The notes: a model not told the origin generated them from the letters alone. A stretch of 64,000 nt of DNA from an uncultured Oscillospiraceae bacterium (GCA_964518595.1 CAZFHA010000022.1:9-64008); one strand, 5' to 3'. Shown: positions 39,774-49,098, counted from the stretch's first letter. Numbers and translations: made by a program.

Positions 39774-41015
39774 ATGTTTGAGCATATTAAGGCAGAAGAC
39801 CCGGAAATTTATCGAGCTATAATGGATGAGGTAGAACGGCAAAGGGATAAGATCGAGTTGATTGCCTCAGAAAACTTTGTTAGTGAAGCCGTACTAGAGG
39901 CTGCTGGCAGCCCCTTAACTAATAAATATGCTGAGGGGTATCCGGGAAAGCGTTATTATGGCGGCTGTGAGTATGTGGATATCGCAGAGTCTTTGGCTAT
40001 TGAACGGGCGAAGAAGCTATTCGGCGCTGAGCATGTAAATGTCCAGCCACATTCAGGTGCACAAGCTAATACAGCCGTTTACTTTGCCATGCTCAATCCA
40101 GGCGATACTATTTTAGGCATGGATTTGTCACATGGCGGTCATTTGACTCATGGAATGAAACTTAATGTTTCGGGTAAACTTTATAATTCTGAATTTTATG
40201 GTGTGGATGCGCAGACCGGTTTAATAGATTATGACCAGCTTTTAGAGAAGGCTCTAACAGTTAAGCCCAAGATGATTGTTGCCGGTGCTTCTGCATACCC
40301 GAGGATTATAGATTTTGCTAAATTCCGCCAGATTGCTGACCAAGTAGGAGCCATGCTTTTTGTAGACATGGCACATATAGCCGGACTGGTGGCTGCAGGG
40401 TTGCATCCTAATCCAGTACCTTATGCTGATTTTGTCACCACCACTACTCATAAGACCTTAAGAGGACCAAGAGGTGGAATGATTTTATGCAAAGAAGAAT
40501 ACGCCAAAGCTATAGATCTGGCTGTTTTTCCAGGGCAGCAAGGTGGGCCTCTGATGCATATTATCGCTGCCAAAGCCATCGCTTTTAAGGAAGCTTTGAC
40601 GGAGGATTTCCGGATATATCAAGGGGGAATTCTGGCTAATGCTGCGGCTCTTGCTCAAGGATTACTTTCCAGAGACATTACACTTGTTTCCGGTGGAACG
40701 GATAATCATTTACTGCTGGTAGATCTGCGTGATACCGGTGTTACCGGTAAAGATATGCAGCTACGGTTGGATGAAGTGAATATTACTTGTAACAAAAATA
40801 CGATACCCTTTGATCCGCAGACGCCTTTTGTTACCAGTGGTGTTCGTTTGGGAACGGCTGCGGTTACTACCCGAGGTATGACTACTTCAGATATGGATGA
40901 AATTGCGGAGCTTTTTGTATTGACACTAAGGGATTTCGACAATAAGAAGGCAGAAATACTTGCACGGGTAGCTGGGCTAACAAGCCGTTATCCACTTTAC
41001 CCCTCTATTGGATGA
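39774..41015 (+). CDS. glyA: Serine hydroxymethyltransferase
   Basis: [24 protein letters not shown], and the PLP site [14 protein letters not shown]. Confidence 0.97.
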   Translation: MFEHIKAEDPEIYRAIMDEVERQRDKIELIASENFVSEAVLEAAGSPLTNKYAEGYPGKRYYGGCEYVDIAESLAIERAKKLFGAEHVNVQPHSGAQANTAVYFAMLNPGDTILGMDLSHGGHLTHGMKLNVSGKLYNSEFYGVDAQTGLIDYDQLLEKALTVKPKMIVAGASAYPRIIDFAKFRQIADQVGAMLFVDMAHIAGLVAAGLHPNPVPYADFVTTTTHKTLRGPRGGMILCKEEYAKAIDLAVFPGQQGGPLMHIIAAKAIAFKEALTEDFRIYQGGILANAAALAQGLLSRDITLVSGGTDNHLLLVDLRDTGVTGKDMQLRLDEVNITCNKNTIPFDPQTPFVTSGVRLGTAAVTTRGMTTSDMDEIAELFVLTLRDFDNKKAEILARVAGLTSRYPLYPSIG

Positions 41016-41022
41016 AAACAGT

Positions 41023-42333
41023 ATGGAAGCAGGTCAAAACCATAGAGAGCCCCTAGCCTATCGCATGGCACCCAGAAACTTGGATGAATATGTGGGACAG
41101 GAACATATTTTAGGTCAAGGCAAGATGCTAAGGCGAATGATCCAAGCTGACCGCCTGTCTTCGATCATTTTGTATGGTCCTCCTGGAACAGGGAAGACTT
41201 CCTTAGCGCGGCTAATCGCTAACACTACAGCTTCAACTTTTGTAAAAATTAATGCGGTTACTGCTGGTGTTACCGAGATTAAGCGTGTCATTGCCGACAC
41301 GCTTAATCCTATGCTTACGCCCAGTGGAAGAACGGTTCTATTTGTTGACGAGATTCACCGTTTCAATAAATTGCAGCAAGATGCTTTGCTGCCCCAAGTA
41401 GAGGACGGGACTTTGATCTTGATTGGGGCTACTACGGAAAATCCGTTTTTTGAGGTTAACAAGGCATTGATTTCGCGATCTACCGTTTTACAGCTTTTAC
41501 CACTAACCGAAAAAGATATTCTTAAGATCATTGAGCAAGCTTTGGTTGATGAGGAGAGGGGATTCGGACTTCTTTCGATCAATATTTCTGATGATGCGAA
41601 ATCTTACATTGCTAATTTATCAAATGGCGATGCCAGAATTGCTCTAAGAGCACTGGAATTGGCAGCGGTTACTACTCCACCGGATGATACCGGTAGCATA
41701 CTTGTCAGCAAGGAAGTCTTGGAAGACTGTATGCAGAAGCGAAGTCTGGCCTTTGACTCTACCGGTGAAAGTCATTATGATAATATTAGTGCTTTCATCA
41801 AGTCTATGCGGGGGTCAGACCCTGATGCTACTGTTTTTTATTTGGCCAGAGCCTTACACGGTGGTGAAGAAATTGAATTTTTGGCCAGACGCATACTGAT
41901 CTGTGCTTCGGAAGATGTAGGGATGGCTAATCCCATTGCCTTACAAGTGGCCATGGCAGCCTATCAAGGTGTTATGGCTGTCGGACTTCCGGAGGCTAGA
42001 ATTCTTTTGGCTCAAGCTGCTGTGCTTGTTGCCACCAGTCCTAAATCGAATGCTTCTTACTCGGCTATTAATAAGGCCATGGCGGATGTGGCTGAGCGAA
42101 GGACAGGGGAAGTTCCACTACATCTGCGCAATGCGCCTAAAGAGGGTATGGTGAAGCTGGGCTATGGCAGTGGCTACAAATATGCTCATGACTATGAGAA
42201 TAATATTGTCGATCAACAGTATCTGCCTGATGAAGTGGTAGGTACTGTATATTATGCTCCCACAACCAACGGTTATGAGGGAAAAATTAAAGACTGGCTA
42301 GATAAACGTAGAGCGCATAACTCGGGAGAATAA
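41023..42333 (+). CDS. rarA: Replication-associated recombination protein A (MgsA/RarA AAA+ ATPase)
   Basis: PLAYRMAPRNLDEYVGQEHILG, Walker A GPPGTGKTS, VLFVDEIHRFNK, and a MgsA C-terminal domain (HYD.ISAFIKS.RGSDPDA). The start is the ATG at 41023 or the TTG at 41008. Confidence 0.9.
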   Translation: MEAGQNHREPLAYRMAPRNLDEYVGQEHILGQGKMLRRMIQADRLSSIILYGPPGTGKTSLARLIANTTASTFVKINAVTAGVTEIKRVIADTLNPMLTPSGRTVLFVDEIHRFNKLQQDALLPQVEDGTLILIGATTENPFFEVNKALISRSTVLQLLPLTEKDILKIIEQALVDEERGFGLLSINISDDAKSYIANLSNGDARIALRALELAAVTTPPDDTGSILVSKEVLEDCMQKRSLAFDSTGESHYDNISAFIKSMRGSDPDATVFYLARALHGGEEIEFLARRILICASEDVGMANPIALQVAMAAYQGVMAVGLPEARILLAQAAVLVATSPKSNASYSAINKAMADVAERRTGEVPLHLRNAPKEGMVKLGYGSGYKYAHDYENNIVDQQYLPDEVVGTVYYAPTTNGYEGKIKDWLDKRRAHNSGE

Positions 42334-42510
42334 TTCACAATTATAGTTGCTGTGTAACTATTGTTACGACTGATTTCGGTAAAAAGAAATAAAGTAATAT
42401 CATAAAGGCTGCTTATGGGGCGTTTGCTTCTTGAAAAGATGTTTTCAGGCTTAAGCGCCTTTTTTGCGGAAAAAGTTAGAAAGGTCATCTATGGGATGTG
42501 AGTGATAAAA

Positions 42511-43707
42511 ATGTCGGATCAGGAGAAAAGAGTTTATCTAGATAATGCTGCAACAACAGCTGTACGACAAGAAGTCTTGTCGGAGATGCTGCCGCTTTTT
42601 GGTAATTATTTTGGTAATCCCTCCTCTATTTATCGAGAGGGTCAGAAAGCAAAGGTTATTTTGGAAGAGGCAAGAGCCAGAGTTGCTAAGGCTCTTAATG
42701 CTGAGACTTCCGAAATATATTTTACTTCTTGTGGCACAGAGTCAGATAATTGGGCTATCAAAGGGATTGCTTTGCGGCATAAAGCCAAAGGCAAACATAT
42801 CATTACTACAACAATCGAACATCATGCTGTTCTTCATAGTTGCCAAGCTCTCGAAAAACAAGGCTTTGAGGTAACGTATCTTGAGGTAGATGAATTTGGA
42901 CGCGTGTCTCCGGAAGCCCTCGAGGCCGCTATCAGACCAGATACCATTCTGGTTTCAATTATGATGGCCAATAACGAAATTGGAACCGTAGAACCGATTG
43001 CTCAGTTGGCAGAGGTTTGTCGTAAACACAAGGTGTTTTTTCATACGGATGCAGTTCAAGCGGCGGGAGCTGTTCCTATAGACGTCAAGGCTTTGGGCAT
43101 TGATTTACTCTCCTTATCGGGGCATAAGATTAATGCGCCTAAGGGTGTTGGTTTGCTATATATTCGCCGTGGTGTGGCTTTGGATAATTTCATGGATGGA
43201 GGAGCACAAGAGCGCAACCGCCGTGGTGGTACGGAAAACTTACCTTATATTGTGGCTTTTGCCAAGGCACTTGAACTAGCTGTGGCAGAACAAGCTGAGT
43301 CGGCTAAAGGTTTAGCCGTGATTAGAGATCAACTGATTAAGACTGTGTTAGATAAGATTCCCCACACCCGCTTAAATGGTCATCCCACGGAGCGGCTCCC
43401 AGGAAACGTTAATTTTTCTTTTGAGTTCATTGAAGGTGAGTCACTTTTGCTGCTGTTAGACTATATGGGATTTGCCTGTTCAAGCGGTTCTGCTTGTACT
43501 TCCGGTTCCCTTGAACCATCTCACGTGCTGTTGGCAATTGGTTTGCCTCATGAGATTGCCCATGGTTCTTTGCGCATTAGCTTAGGTAAATTTTCGACTA
43601 AAGAAGAAGTTATGAGTATTGTTCCGGCACTAGAGAGTGTTGTTGCGAGATTGAGAGATATGTCCCCCCTATATGAAGATTATCTAAAGAAGAAAGAAGG
43701 AAAATAA
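42511..43707 (+). CDS. nifS: Cysteine desulfurase NifS
   Basis: RVYLDNAATT, SLSGHKINAPKGVG, and active-site SSGSACTSG. The start is the ATG at 42511 or the GTG at 42502. Confidence 0.92.
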   Translation: MSDQEKRVYLDNAATTAVRQEVLSEMLPLFGNYFGNPSSIYREGQKAKVILEEARARVAKALNAETSEIYFTSCGTESDNWAIKGIALRHKAKGKHIITTTIEHHAVLHSCQALEKQGFEVTYLEVDEFGRVSPEALEAAIRPDTILVSIMMANNEIGTVEPIAQLAEVCRKHKVFFHTDAVQAAGAVPIDVKALGIDLLSLSGHKINAPKGVGLLYIRRGVALDNFMDGGAQERNRRGGTENLPYIVAFAKALELAVAEQAESAKGLAVIRDQLIKTVLDKIPHTRLNGHPTERLPGNVNFSFEFIEGESLLLLLDYMGFACSSGSACTSGSLEPSHVLLAIGLPHEIAHGSLRISLGKFSTKEEVMSIVPALESVVARLRDMSPLYEDYLKKKEGK

Positions 43708-43708
43708 T

Positions 43709-44158
43709 ATGCTTTATAGTGACAAAGTGATGGATCATTTTATGCACCCTCGTAATGTAGGTGAGATGCAGGAGCCAACGGCTACCGGTACTGTTGGTAA
43801 TGCTAAGTGTGGCGATATCATGAAAGTGTACCTGAAAATTGAAAATGATATTGTTGTAGATGCTATGTTTAAGACTTTTGGCTGTGGCAGTGCCATTGCT
43901 ACTTCTAGCATGGCTACGGAAATGATAAAGGGTAAGACCATAGATGAGGCTTTGGAATTAACAAACAAGGCAGTGGCAGAAGCTTTGGATGGTTTGCCAC
44001 CGGTTAAGATGCACTGTTCTGTTTTAGCCGAACAAGCGGTTAAAGCTGCTTTTAAGGAGTATTTTGAAGAGCATGGCGGTATTCCGGCAGATAAGCAAAA
44101 GTATTTTGATGTATTAGATGAAGATGAGCATGGACACGATCATGAGAATGAGCACTAA
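43709..44158 (+). CDS. nifU: Fe-S cluster scaffold NifU/IscU-type
   Basis: YSDKVMDHFMHPRN.G, NAKCGD, FGCGSAIA and MHCS. It has an acidic/His-rich tail DEDEHGHDHENEH. Confidence 0.92.
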   Translation: MLYSDKVMDHFMHPRNVGEMQEPTATGTVGNAKCGDIMKVYLKIENDIVVDAMFKTFGCGSAIATSSMATEMIKGKTIDEALELTNKAVAEALDGLPPVKMHCSVLAEQAVKAAFKEYFEEHGGIPADKQKYFDVLDEDEHGHDHENEH

Positions 44159-44193
44159 TCACTTTTAGTGGTGAAATTTTTTGATAGATAAAG

Positions 44194-44231
44194 AAAATCC
44201 AGAGAAGGTCAGTCGCTTCTCTGGATTTTTT
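44194..44231. terminator. Bidirectional intrinsic terminator between nifU and the PHP phosphatase gene
   Basis: Perfect 14-bp stem AAAATCCAGAGAAG/CTTCTCTGGATTTT. The A and T tracts allow it to act on both strands. Confidence 0.8.
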
Positions 44232-44244
44232 AGCAGAAGGACAT

Positions 44245-45063
44245 TTAAAGCTCTGTCTTAAAGCTCTGTCTTTGAACGTAATTGGTAAGATGAGTAAAAC
44301 CGCAATCCTTAAGATACTGAGCAGTTTCAGTGAAGAGCAGGCCTAAGGTATCGTCCGTATGTGAGTCGGAACCTAGGCAGATTTGTCCACTGCCAATTTC
44401 CAAAAACCGCTGAAGAATTTCTTTGTCAGGCCAGTAATCCTTTAGTCCTAATTTTTGAGCTTTATCAATACTGCGAGTATTGATCTCTAGGGTTTTTCCT
44501 TTAAGGGACATGGCTTTGAAGAGGCGATCAAAGGCTTCAGGCATATCCTTATAGCGCAGGGAGGGGTCTTCATAAGGAGCGTAGCGGGACAGATAATCAA
44601 AGTGACCAACAATATCAAAGTTGTCAAAGGTTTCGACCATTTCAGCTAACTCATAGATATACGTGGAGTAGAGCTTGGCTTTGGGCAGTTGATAGCATTC
44701 CCGCATGAAGTAAGGGTCTTTTCCCAGCACCAAGTGATTTGAGCAAATAATAGAATCCAATGGATATAGATTCATCAGCTGATTATAGTATTCCACTAGA
44801 TGTTTTTGAAACCCCAGCTCGATTCCAAGATATATCTTAGGTTTTTCGGGATGGTTTTGTTGTAAAATTTTTACCATTTCTACAAAATCAGGCAGGGAAA
44901 AAATCTGGGGCGGAAGAGTATCGTAGGCGTAGTCATAATCGTAGTGCTCGGTAATCACTATGCCCGAAAGCTCGGCTTTGGCAGCTGCAGTTATTAATTC
45001 TTCGGCCGTCATTTTAGCATCTCCGCTAAAATGACAAGTATGGTTGTGGCTATCAATAAACAT
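44245..45063 (-). CDS. PHP-domain histidinol-phosphatase family protein (HisJ/HisK type)
   Basis: MFIDSHNHTCHFSGDA, then GIVITEHYDY, then GSDSH. I prefer the ATG at 45063 (GAGGTG upstream); the ATG at 45084 is possible. Confidence 0.8.
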   Translation of the reverse strand: MFIDSHNHTCHFSGDAKMTAEELITAAAKAELSGIVITEHYDYDYAYDTLPPQIFSLPDFVEMVKILQQNHPEKPKIYLGIELGFQKHLVEYYNQLMNLYPLDSIICSNHLVLGKDPYFMRECYQLPKAKLYSTYIYELAEMVETFDNFDIVGHFDYLSRYAPYEDPSLRYKDMPEAFDRLFKAMSLKGKTLEINTRSIDKAQKLGLKDYWPDKEILQRFLEIGSGQICLGSDSHTDDTLGLLFTETAQYLKDCGFTHLTNYVQRQSFKTEL

Positions 45064-45200
45064 TTTCACCTCTAAGTTACTCATTGATTCATTTTTCGGC
45101 TTTATTTACTGGTAAAGTATGATATCATAAAAATGATTTCTTTGCTTGTAACAGAGACTTTTCAACTTATATGATTTTACAACAACGGAGGAAATATATT

Positions 45201-46664
45201 ATGCCACCTAAATCTAAAAAAGTATCGTCTGAAGCCCTGCCTGTCAAGGACAGCAAGAAGAAGGCTAAGGATCGTTATAAACATTTATTGGCGGAGTACC
45301 CCAATCTTTGGGAAAGTCGTTCTGAGGATGATTTTGATCATGCTTATGGTATGGCTGAAGAATACAAACGATTCTTAGATCTAGGCAAGACCGAGCGGGA
45401 ATTTGTTAAGTTGTCTGTTGAGTCGGCCGAACAGCTAGGGTTTGTGGATATAGCCAGCCAAAACACCTTAAAGCCGGGGCAGAAGGTATATCAAGTTATC
45501 AAAGAAAAAGGTTTGGTGCTCGCCGTTATTGGAAAACGACCTTTGGAAGATGGGCTTAATCTTTTAGGTGCACATATTGATTCGCCGCGCCTAGACTTAA
45601 AGCCTAATCCCCTCTATGAGGAGGCTGAAATGGCCTTCCTCAAGACTCACTATTATGGCGGTATCAAGAAATATCAATGGACAGCCCTACCTTTGGCTAT
45701 CCATGGCTTGGTGGTACGCCAAGACGGTTCAAAGATTTATCTCAATATTGGTGAGGGTGAAGAAGATCCGATTTTTTGTATCACTGATTTATTGCCTCAC
45801 CTCGGTATGGAACAGATGTCCAGAAAAGCTTCAGATTTAATCCGCGGTGAAGATATGAATATCCTAGTCGGTAGCCGCCCCCTCCAGGATAAAGATGTTG
45901 CCAATCGCTTTAAATTGGCTGTTTTGCAATATTTGAATGATGAATATGGCATGGTAGAAAAGGATTTTGTCAGTGCGGAGTTGGAAATTGTTCCAGCCTT
46001 AAAGGCAAGAGATTTGGGTTTTGACCGTTCCTTCGTAGCGGCTTATGGACACGATGACAGGGTATGTGCCTTTCCGTCTTTATTAGCTTTATTCCAGCAG
46101 GAGAGACCTGAAAAAACAGCTGTAGTTATTCTTTCCGATAAGGAAGAAGTTGGCAGTTATGGTAATTCAGGTGCCCAATCCCGTCTATATGAAAATTTTT
46201 TGGTAGAACTATTCGCCAAGGTTAACGATATCTATGACGAACTGATTTTTAGAAGAATGATTGCTAATAGCAAGATGCTTTCAACAGATGTTACCAATGG
46301 ATTTGATCCTAATTATGCTTCTGTTTCTGATCCGAAAAACGCTGCTTATATGGGTAAGGGCGTTATGATGGAGAAATACTGTGGTTCCAGAGGAAAATCC
46401 GGCACAAATGATGCTAACAGCGAATTTTTTGCGGAGATACTAAGTGTCTTTTCTAAACATAATATTCCTTGGCAAACCGGCGAATTAGGCAAGATAGATG
46501 CGGGCGGAGGCGGAACCATTGCTGTTTACATGGCGAACATGGGGATGGAAGTCATCGATTGTGGCGTGCCGGTTCTTTCTATGCATGCCCCATACGAAAT
46601 TATTAGTAAGATCGACCTGTACTTTACCTATCTGGCATACAAAGTATTTCTTGAAGAAATGTAA
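45201..46664 (+). CDS. M18-family aminopeptidase
   Basis: LLGAHIDSPRLDLKPNP, HYYGGIKKYQW, GHDDRVC, DKEEVGS and SMHAPYE. ACGGAGGAA lies 8 nt before the ATG at 45201. Confidence 0.8.
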   Translation: MPPKSKKVSSEALPVKDSKKKAKDRYKHLLAEYPNLWESRSEDDFDHAYGMAEEYKRFLDLGKTEREFVKLSVESAEQLGFVDIASQNTLKPGQKVYQVIKEKGLVLAVIGKRPLEDGLNLLGAHIDSPRLDLKPNPLYEEAEMAFLKTHYYGGIKKYQWTALPLAIHGLVVRQDGSKIYLNIGEGEEDPIFCITDLLPHLGMEQMSRKASDLIRGEDMNILVGSRPLQDKDVANRFKLAVLQYLNDEYGMVEKDFVSAELEIVPALKARDLGFDRSFVAAYGHDDRVCAFPSLLALFQQERPEKTAVVILSDKEEVGSYGNSGAQSRLYENFLVELFAKVNDIYDELIFRRMIANSKMLSTDVTNGFDPNYASVSDPKNAAYMGKGVMMEKYCGSRGKSGTNDANSEFFAEILSVFSKHNIPWQTGELGKIDAGGGGTIAVYMANMGMEVIDCGVPVLSMHAPYEIISKIDLYFTYLAYKVFLEEM

Positions 46665-46715
46665 GTCTCTATGTCAGCTAGCACTACTAAATTTATTATG
46701 TAAAGGAAATATTTT

Positions 46716-47735
46716 ATGATTATTGTTGTTAAGCCTGGAGCATCGGATGCGCAGGTGAAGGAGATCTTAGAGCAACTTGCCTCTCATGGCTTGACCCCTC
46801 ATATATCAGAAGGATCAGAGCGAATTATTATTGGTGTTATTGGGGATAAGAGTCGCTTATCACCGGATGCCTTGGAAGTTCTGCCGGCAGTCGAGAAGAT
46901 TGTCCCGATTATGGAATCCTACAAACTGGCTAGTAAGGCCTTTCGCCCAGAGGGGAGTGCCTTTGACATTAAAGGTGTCACCTTAGGTGGCGCGGAATTA
47001 ACTATGATGGCCGGTCCCTGTGCTGTAGAGAGTGAAGAGCAAGTTGAAACGGTTGCAGAACAGGTGCGCAAGTCCGGAGCGAAATTTTTACGCGGCGGAG
47101 CCTACAAACCTAGAACCTCGCCCTATGCCTTTCAGGGCTTAGAAAAAGAAGGCCTGCGTATTTTGCGCCGGGCGGCAGACCGTCATGGACTACTGGTAAT
47201 TAGTGAAATTACCTCGGAAAATGATATTGAGTTTGCCTCAAATTATGTAGACATGATTCAGATTGGGGCTCGTAATGCTCAGAACTTCCGTTTATTATCA
47301 GCGGTAGGTAAATCAGGTATCCCTGTGCTGCTAAAACGAGGCATTGCCGAAACAATTGATGAGTGGCTCGGGTCAGCAGAATATATTATGAGTGAGGGCA
47401 ATTATAAAATAGCACTTTGCGAGCGGGGCATAAGAACCTTCGAAACTGCTACAAGAAGCACCCTTGATCTTAGTGCTATTCCGGTTTTAAAGAGTAAGAC
47501 TCATTTGCCGGTGCTGGTTGACCCCAGTCATGCCGCAGGCAAAGCTGCTTTCGTAGCCCCACTGTCATTGGCTGCTATTGCAGCAGGGGCAGATGGACTA
47601 ATTATTGAAGTGCATCCCAATCCCAAATGTGCTCTGTCCGATGCAGCACAGCAGTTGACGCCGGAAGCCTACCAAACCCTGGCGAGCGAGATAAAAGAAA
47701 TGGCAACAATCTTACGTCGTATTTATCCTGAATAA
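46716..47735 (+). CDS. aroF: 3-deoxy-7-phosphoheptulonate (DAHP) synthase, type I-beta, with an N-terminal ferredoxin-like regulatory domain
   Basis: An N-terminal domain of about 75 aa (MIIVVKPGASDAQVKEI...IIGVIGDK) is followed by a KDO8P/DAHP-type TIM barrel (MAGPCAVES, RGGAYKPRTSPY.FQG, DPSH). Confidence 0.88.
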   Translation: MIIVVKPGASDAQVKEILEQLASHGLTPHISEGSERIIIGVIGDKSRLSPDALEVLPAVEKIVPIMESYKLASKAFRPEGSAFDIKGVTLGGAELTMMAGPCAVESEEQVETVAEQVRKSGAKFLRGGAYKPRTSPYAFQGLEKEGLRILRRAADRHGLLVISEITSENDIEFASNYVDMIQIGARNAQNFRLLSAVGKSGIPVLLKRGIAETIDEWLGSAEYIMSEGNYKIALCERGIRTFETATRSTLDLSAIPVLKSKTHLPVLVDPSHAAGKAAFVAPLSLAAIAAGADGLIIEVHPNPKCALSDAAQQLTPEAYQTLASEIKEMATILRRIYPE

Positions 47736-47921
47736 CAACCAGCAATGGCAGTATAGGCTTTTCTAGATAGTAGAGTACTTCTTGACAGGGTAGAGTAGCT
47801 AAATAGATAGAGACAAGAAAGCGCGTGTCTACTATCTTTATAGCCTCTACTTTAGAGGAAGGAGGAGGGCTCTATTATTTTTGGCGTGGCTTAAAATGTC
47901 CTCACGGCAAGTGTAAGAAAA

Positions 47922-47953
47922 TAAAAAACGCCGTCACATTTCTGTAACGGCGT
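47922..47953 (-). terminator. Intrinsic terminator after tRNA-Gln
   Basis: 10-bp stem ACGCCGUUAC/GUGACGGCGU. The single non-canonical pair is a G.U only in the minus-strand RNA. UUUUUU follows the stem. Confidence 0.7.
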
Positions 47954-47954
47954 A

Positions 47955-48028
47955 TGGCTGCCGAACTAGGATTTGAACCCAGACAAACTGCTCCAGAGGC
48001 AGTCGTGCTACCCTTACACAATTCGGCA
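47955..48028 (-). tRNA. trnQ: tRNA-Gln (anticodon CTG), CCA end encoded
   Basis: Hand-folded. The acceptor stem is TGCCGAA/TTCGGCA, the anticodon arm is ACTGC-CTCTGGA-GCAGT, and the T loop is TTCAAAT. The 3' end is GCCA. Confidence 0.88.
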
Positions 48029-48069
48029 TAGTGAGAAAAAGCAAAATTTAGCTCAATCTAACGCAAACG

Positions 48070-48098
48070 AGTATAACAAAACTCCATCACTTAGGCAA
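48070..48098 (-). promoter_or_regulatory. Candidate promoter of tRNA-Gln
   Basis: Minus strand reads TTGCCT, a 17-nt spacer, then TATACT, about 40 nt upstream of the tRNA 5' end. Confidence 0.55.
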
Positions 48099-48152
48099 GT
48101 AGTTTAGAATAAATTTTTTCATTTTTGTTGATAAGGGGATAGTGGGCTTTTT

Positions 48153-48186
48153 GACTTTCGTTTTCTTTCGAAAGTCTTATTTTTTT
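48153..48186 (+). terminator. Terminator-like hairpin on the + strand
   Basis: Perfect 8-bp stem GACTTTCG/CGAAAGTC with an 8-nt loop, followed by TTATTTTTTT. This is the first convincing + strand terminator after aroF. Confidence 0.5.
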
Positions 48187-48218
48187 AAAGTAAATTTCAA
48201 TAAAATGAAAATCATTTG

Positions 48219-48247
48219 TTGACAAGCTATCTTTGAATTGATAGTAT
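48219..48247 (+). promoter_or_regulatory. Promoter of the DeoR-family regulator gene
   Basis: TTGACA, a 17-nt spacer, then TAGTAT. The palindrome TTGATAGTATCAA (48238-48250) overlaps the -10. Confidence 0.55.
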
Positions 48248-48282
48248 CAATAGGTAGAAATTTTTTAGAAGCTGGAGGCATC

Positions 48283-49062
48283 ATGATCAATCTGGAAAGA
48301 AGGAAGAGAATTCTCGAATTGTTAGAGAAGGAAGGCCAGGTCACTACCGTAGAATTAGAACAGAAACTTGGCGTAACCGGTGCAACAATTCGTAGTGATC
48401 TTCGAGAGATGCATCGTGAAGGAGCACTGGTACGCTTTCATGGTGGTGCAGCCCTAGCGGATCAGAGTCGCTTAAACTCTCCTACGGAAAACTATATGCG
48501 CCGCAGTGTAATGAATGTTGCTGAAAAGAGGGCAATTGGCAAAGAAGCGGCTAAATTAGTTAGTAGTGGCGAGACGATATTTATTGATGCTAGTTCCACA
48601 GCTTTCTATATGCTCCCCTATTTAAGTCATTTAGAGAATCTCACTATTGTGACTAATGGCATTCATACTGCCATGGAAATTCAGCGCTATAGTAATTTTA
48701 GAACGGTCTTAATCGGCGGTGTTCTTCGTTCTCATTCAGGGGCTATTGAAGGACTGCTTTGTGAGGATATGCTGCGCAAGATTCGTGGAGATAGTTATTT
48801 TGTAGCAGGAAATGGATTCTCTTTGGCGGCCGGGCTCACCGGAAACAATTTTTACGAATTAGAGTTGAAAAGGCGTTGTGCAGAGAAATGCCGCCGGAGA
48901 ATTGCTCTGGTGGACTCTAGCAAACTTTGTAATGATTCTACTTCAACTTTTATTCCCAGCGAACAAATTGATGTTTTGATTACTGATTCTGGCATCAAAC
49001 CAGAAAAGCAAAAGCAAATATCCGACGCTGGAATAGAGGTTATTGTCGCACCTCTCGCATAA
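48283..49062 (+). CDS. DeoR-family transcriptional regulator
   Basis: N-terminal HTH (RRKRILELLEKEGQVTTVELEQKLGVTGATIRSDL) plus a DeoR C-terminal sensor domain. TGGAGG lies 5 nt before the ATG at 48283. Confidence 0.88.
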   Translation: MINLERRKRILELLEKEGQVTTVELEQKLGVTGATIRSDLREMHREGALVRFHGGAALADQSRLNSPTENYMRRSVMNVAEKRAIGKEAAKLVSSGETIFIDASSTAFYMLPYLSHLENLTIVTNGIHTAMEIQRYSNFRTVLIGGVLRSHSGAIEGLLCEDMLRKIRGDSYFVAGNGFSLAAGLTGNNFYELELKRRCAEKCRRRIALVDSSKLCNDSTSTFIPSEQIDVLITDSGIKPEKQKQISDAGIEVIVAPLA

Positions 49063-49098
49063 GTAACAGACAAAATTTATTATTTGATTGGAGTATTA

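Noticed and set aside
42273-42488. A 71-aa minus-strand ORF in the rarA-nifS spacer that might be a remnant of the missing regulator.
   Set aside because: It overlaps the rarA 3' end, has no SD and has no Rrf2-like HTH. It is also too short for an Rrf2 protein.
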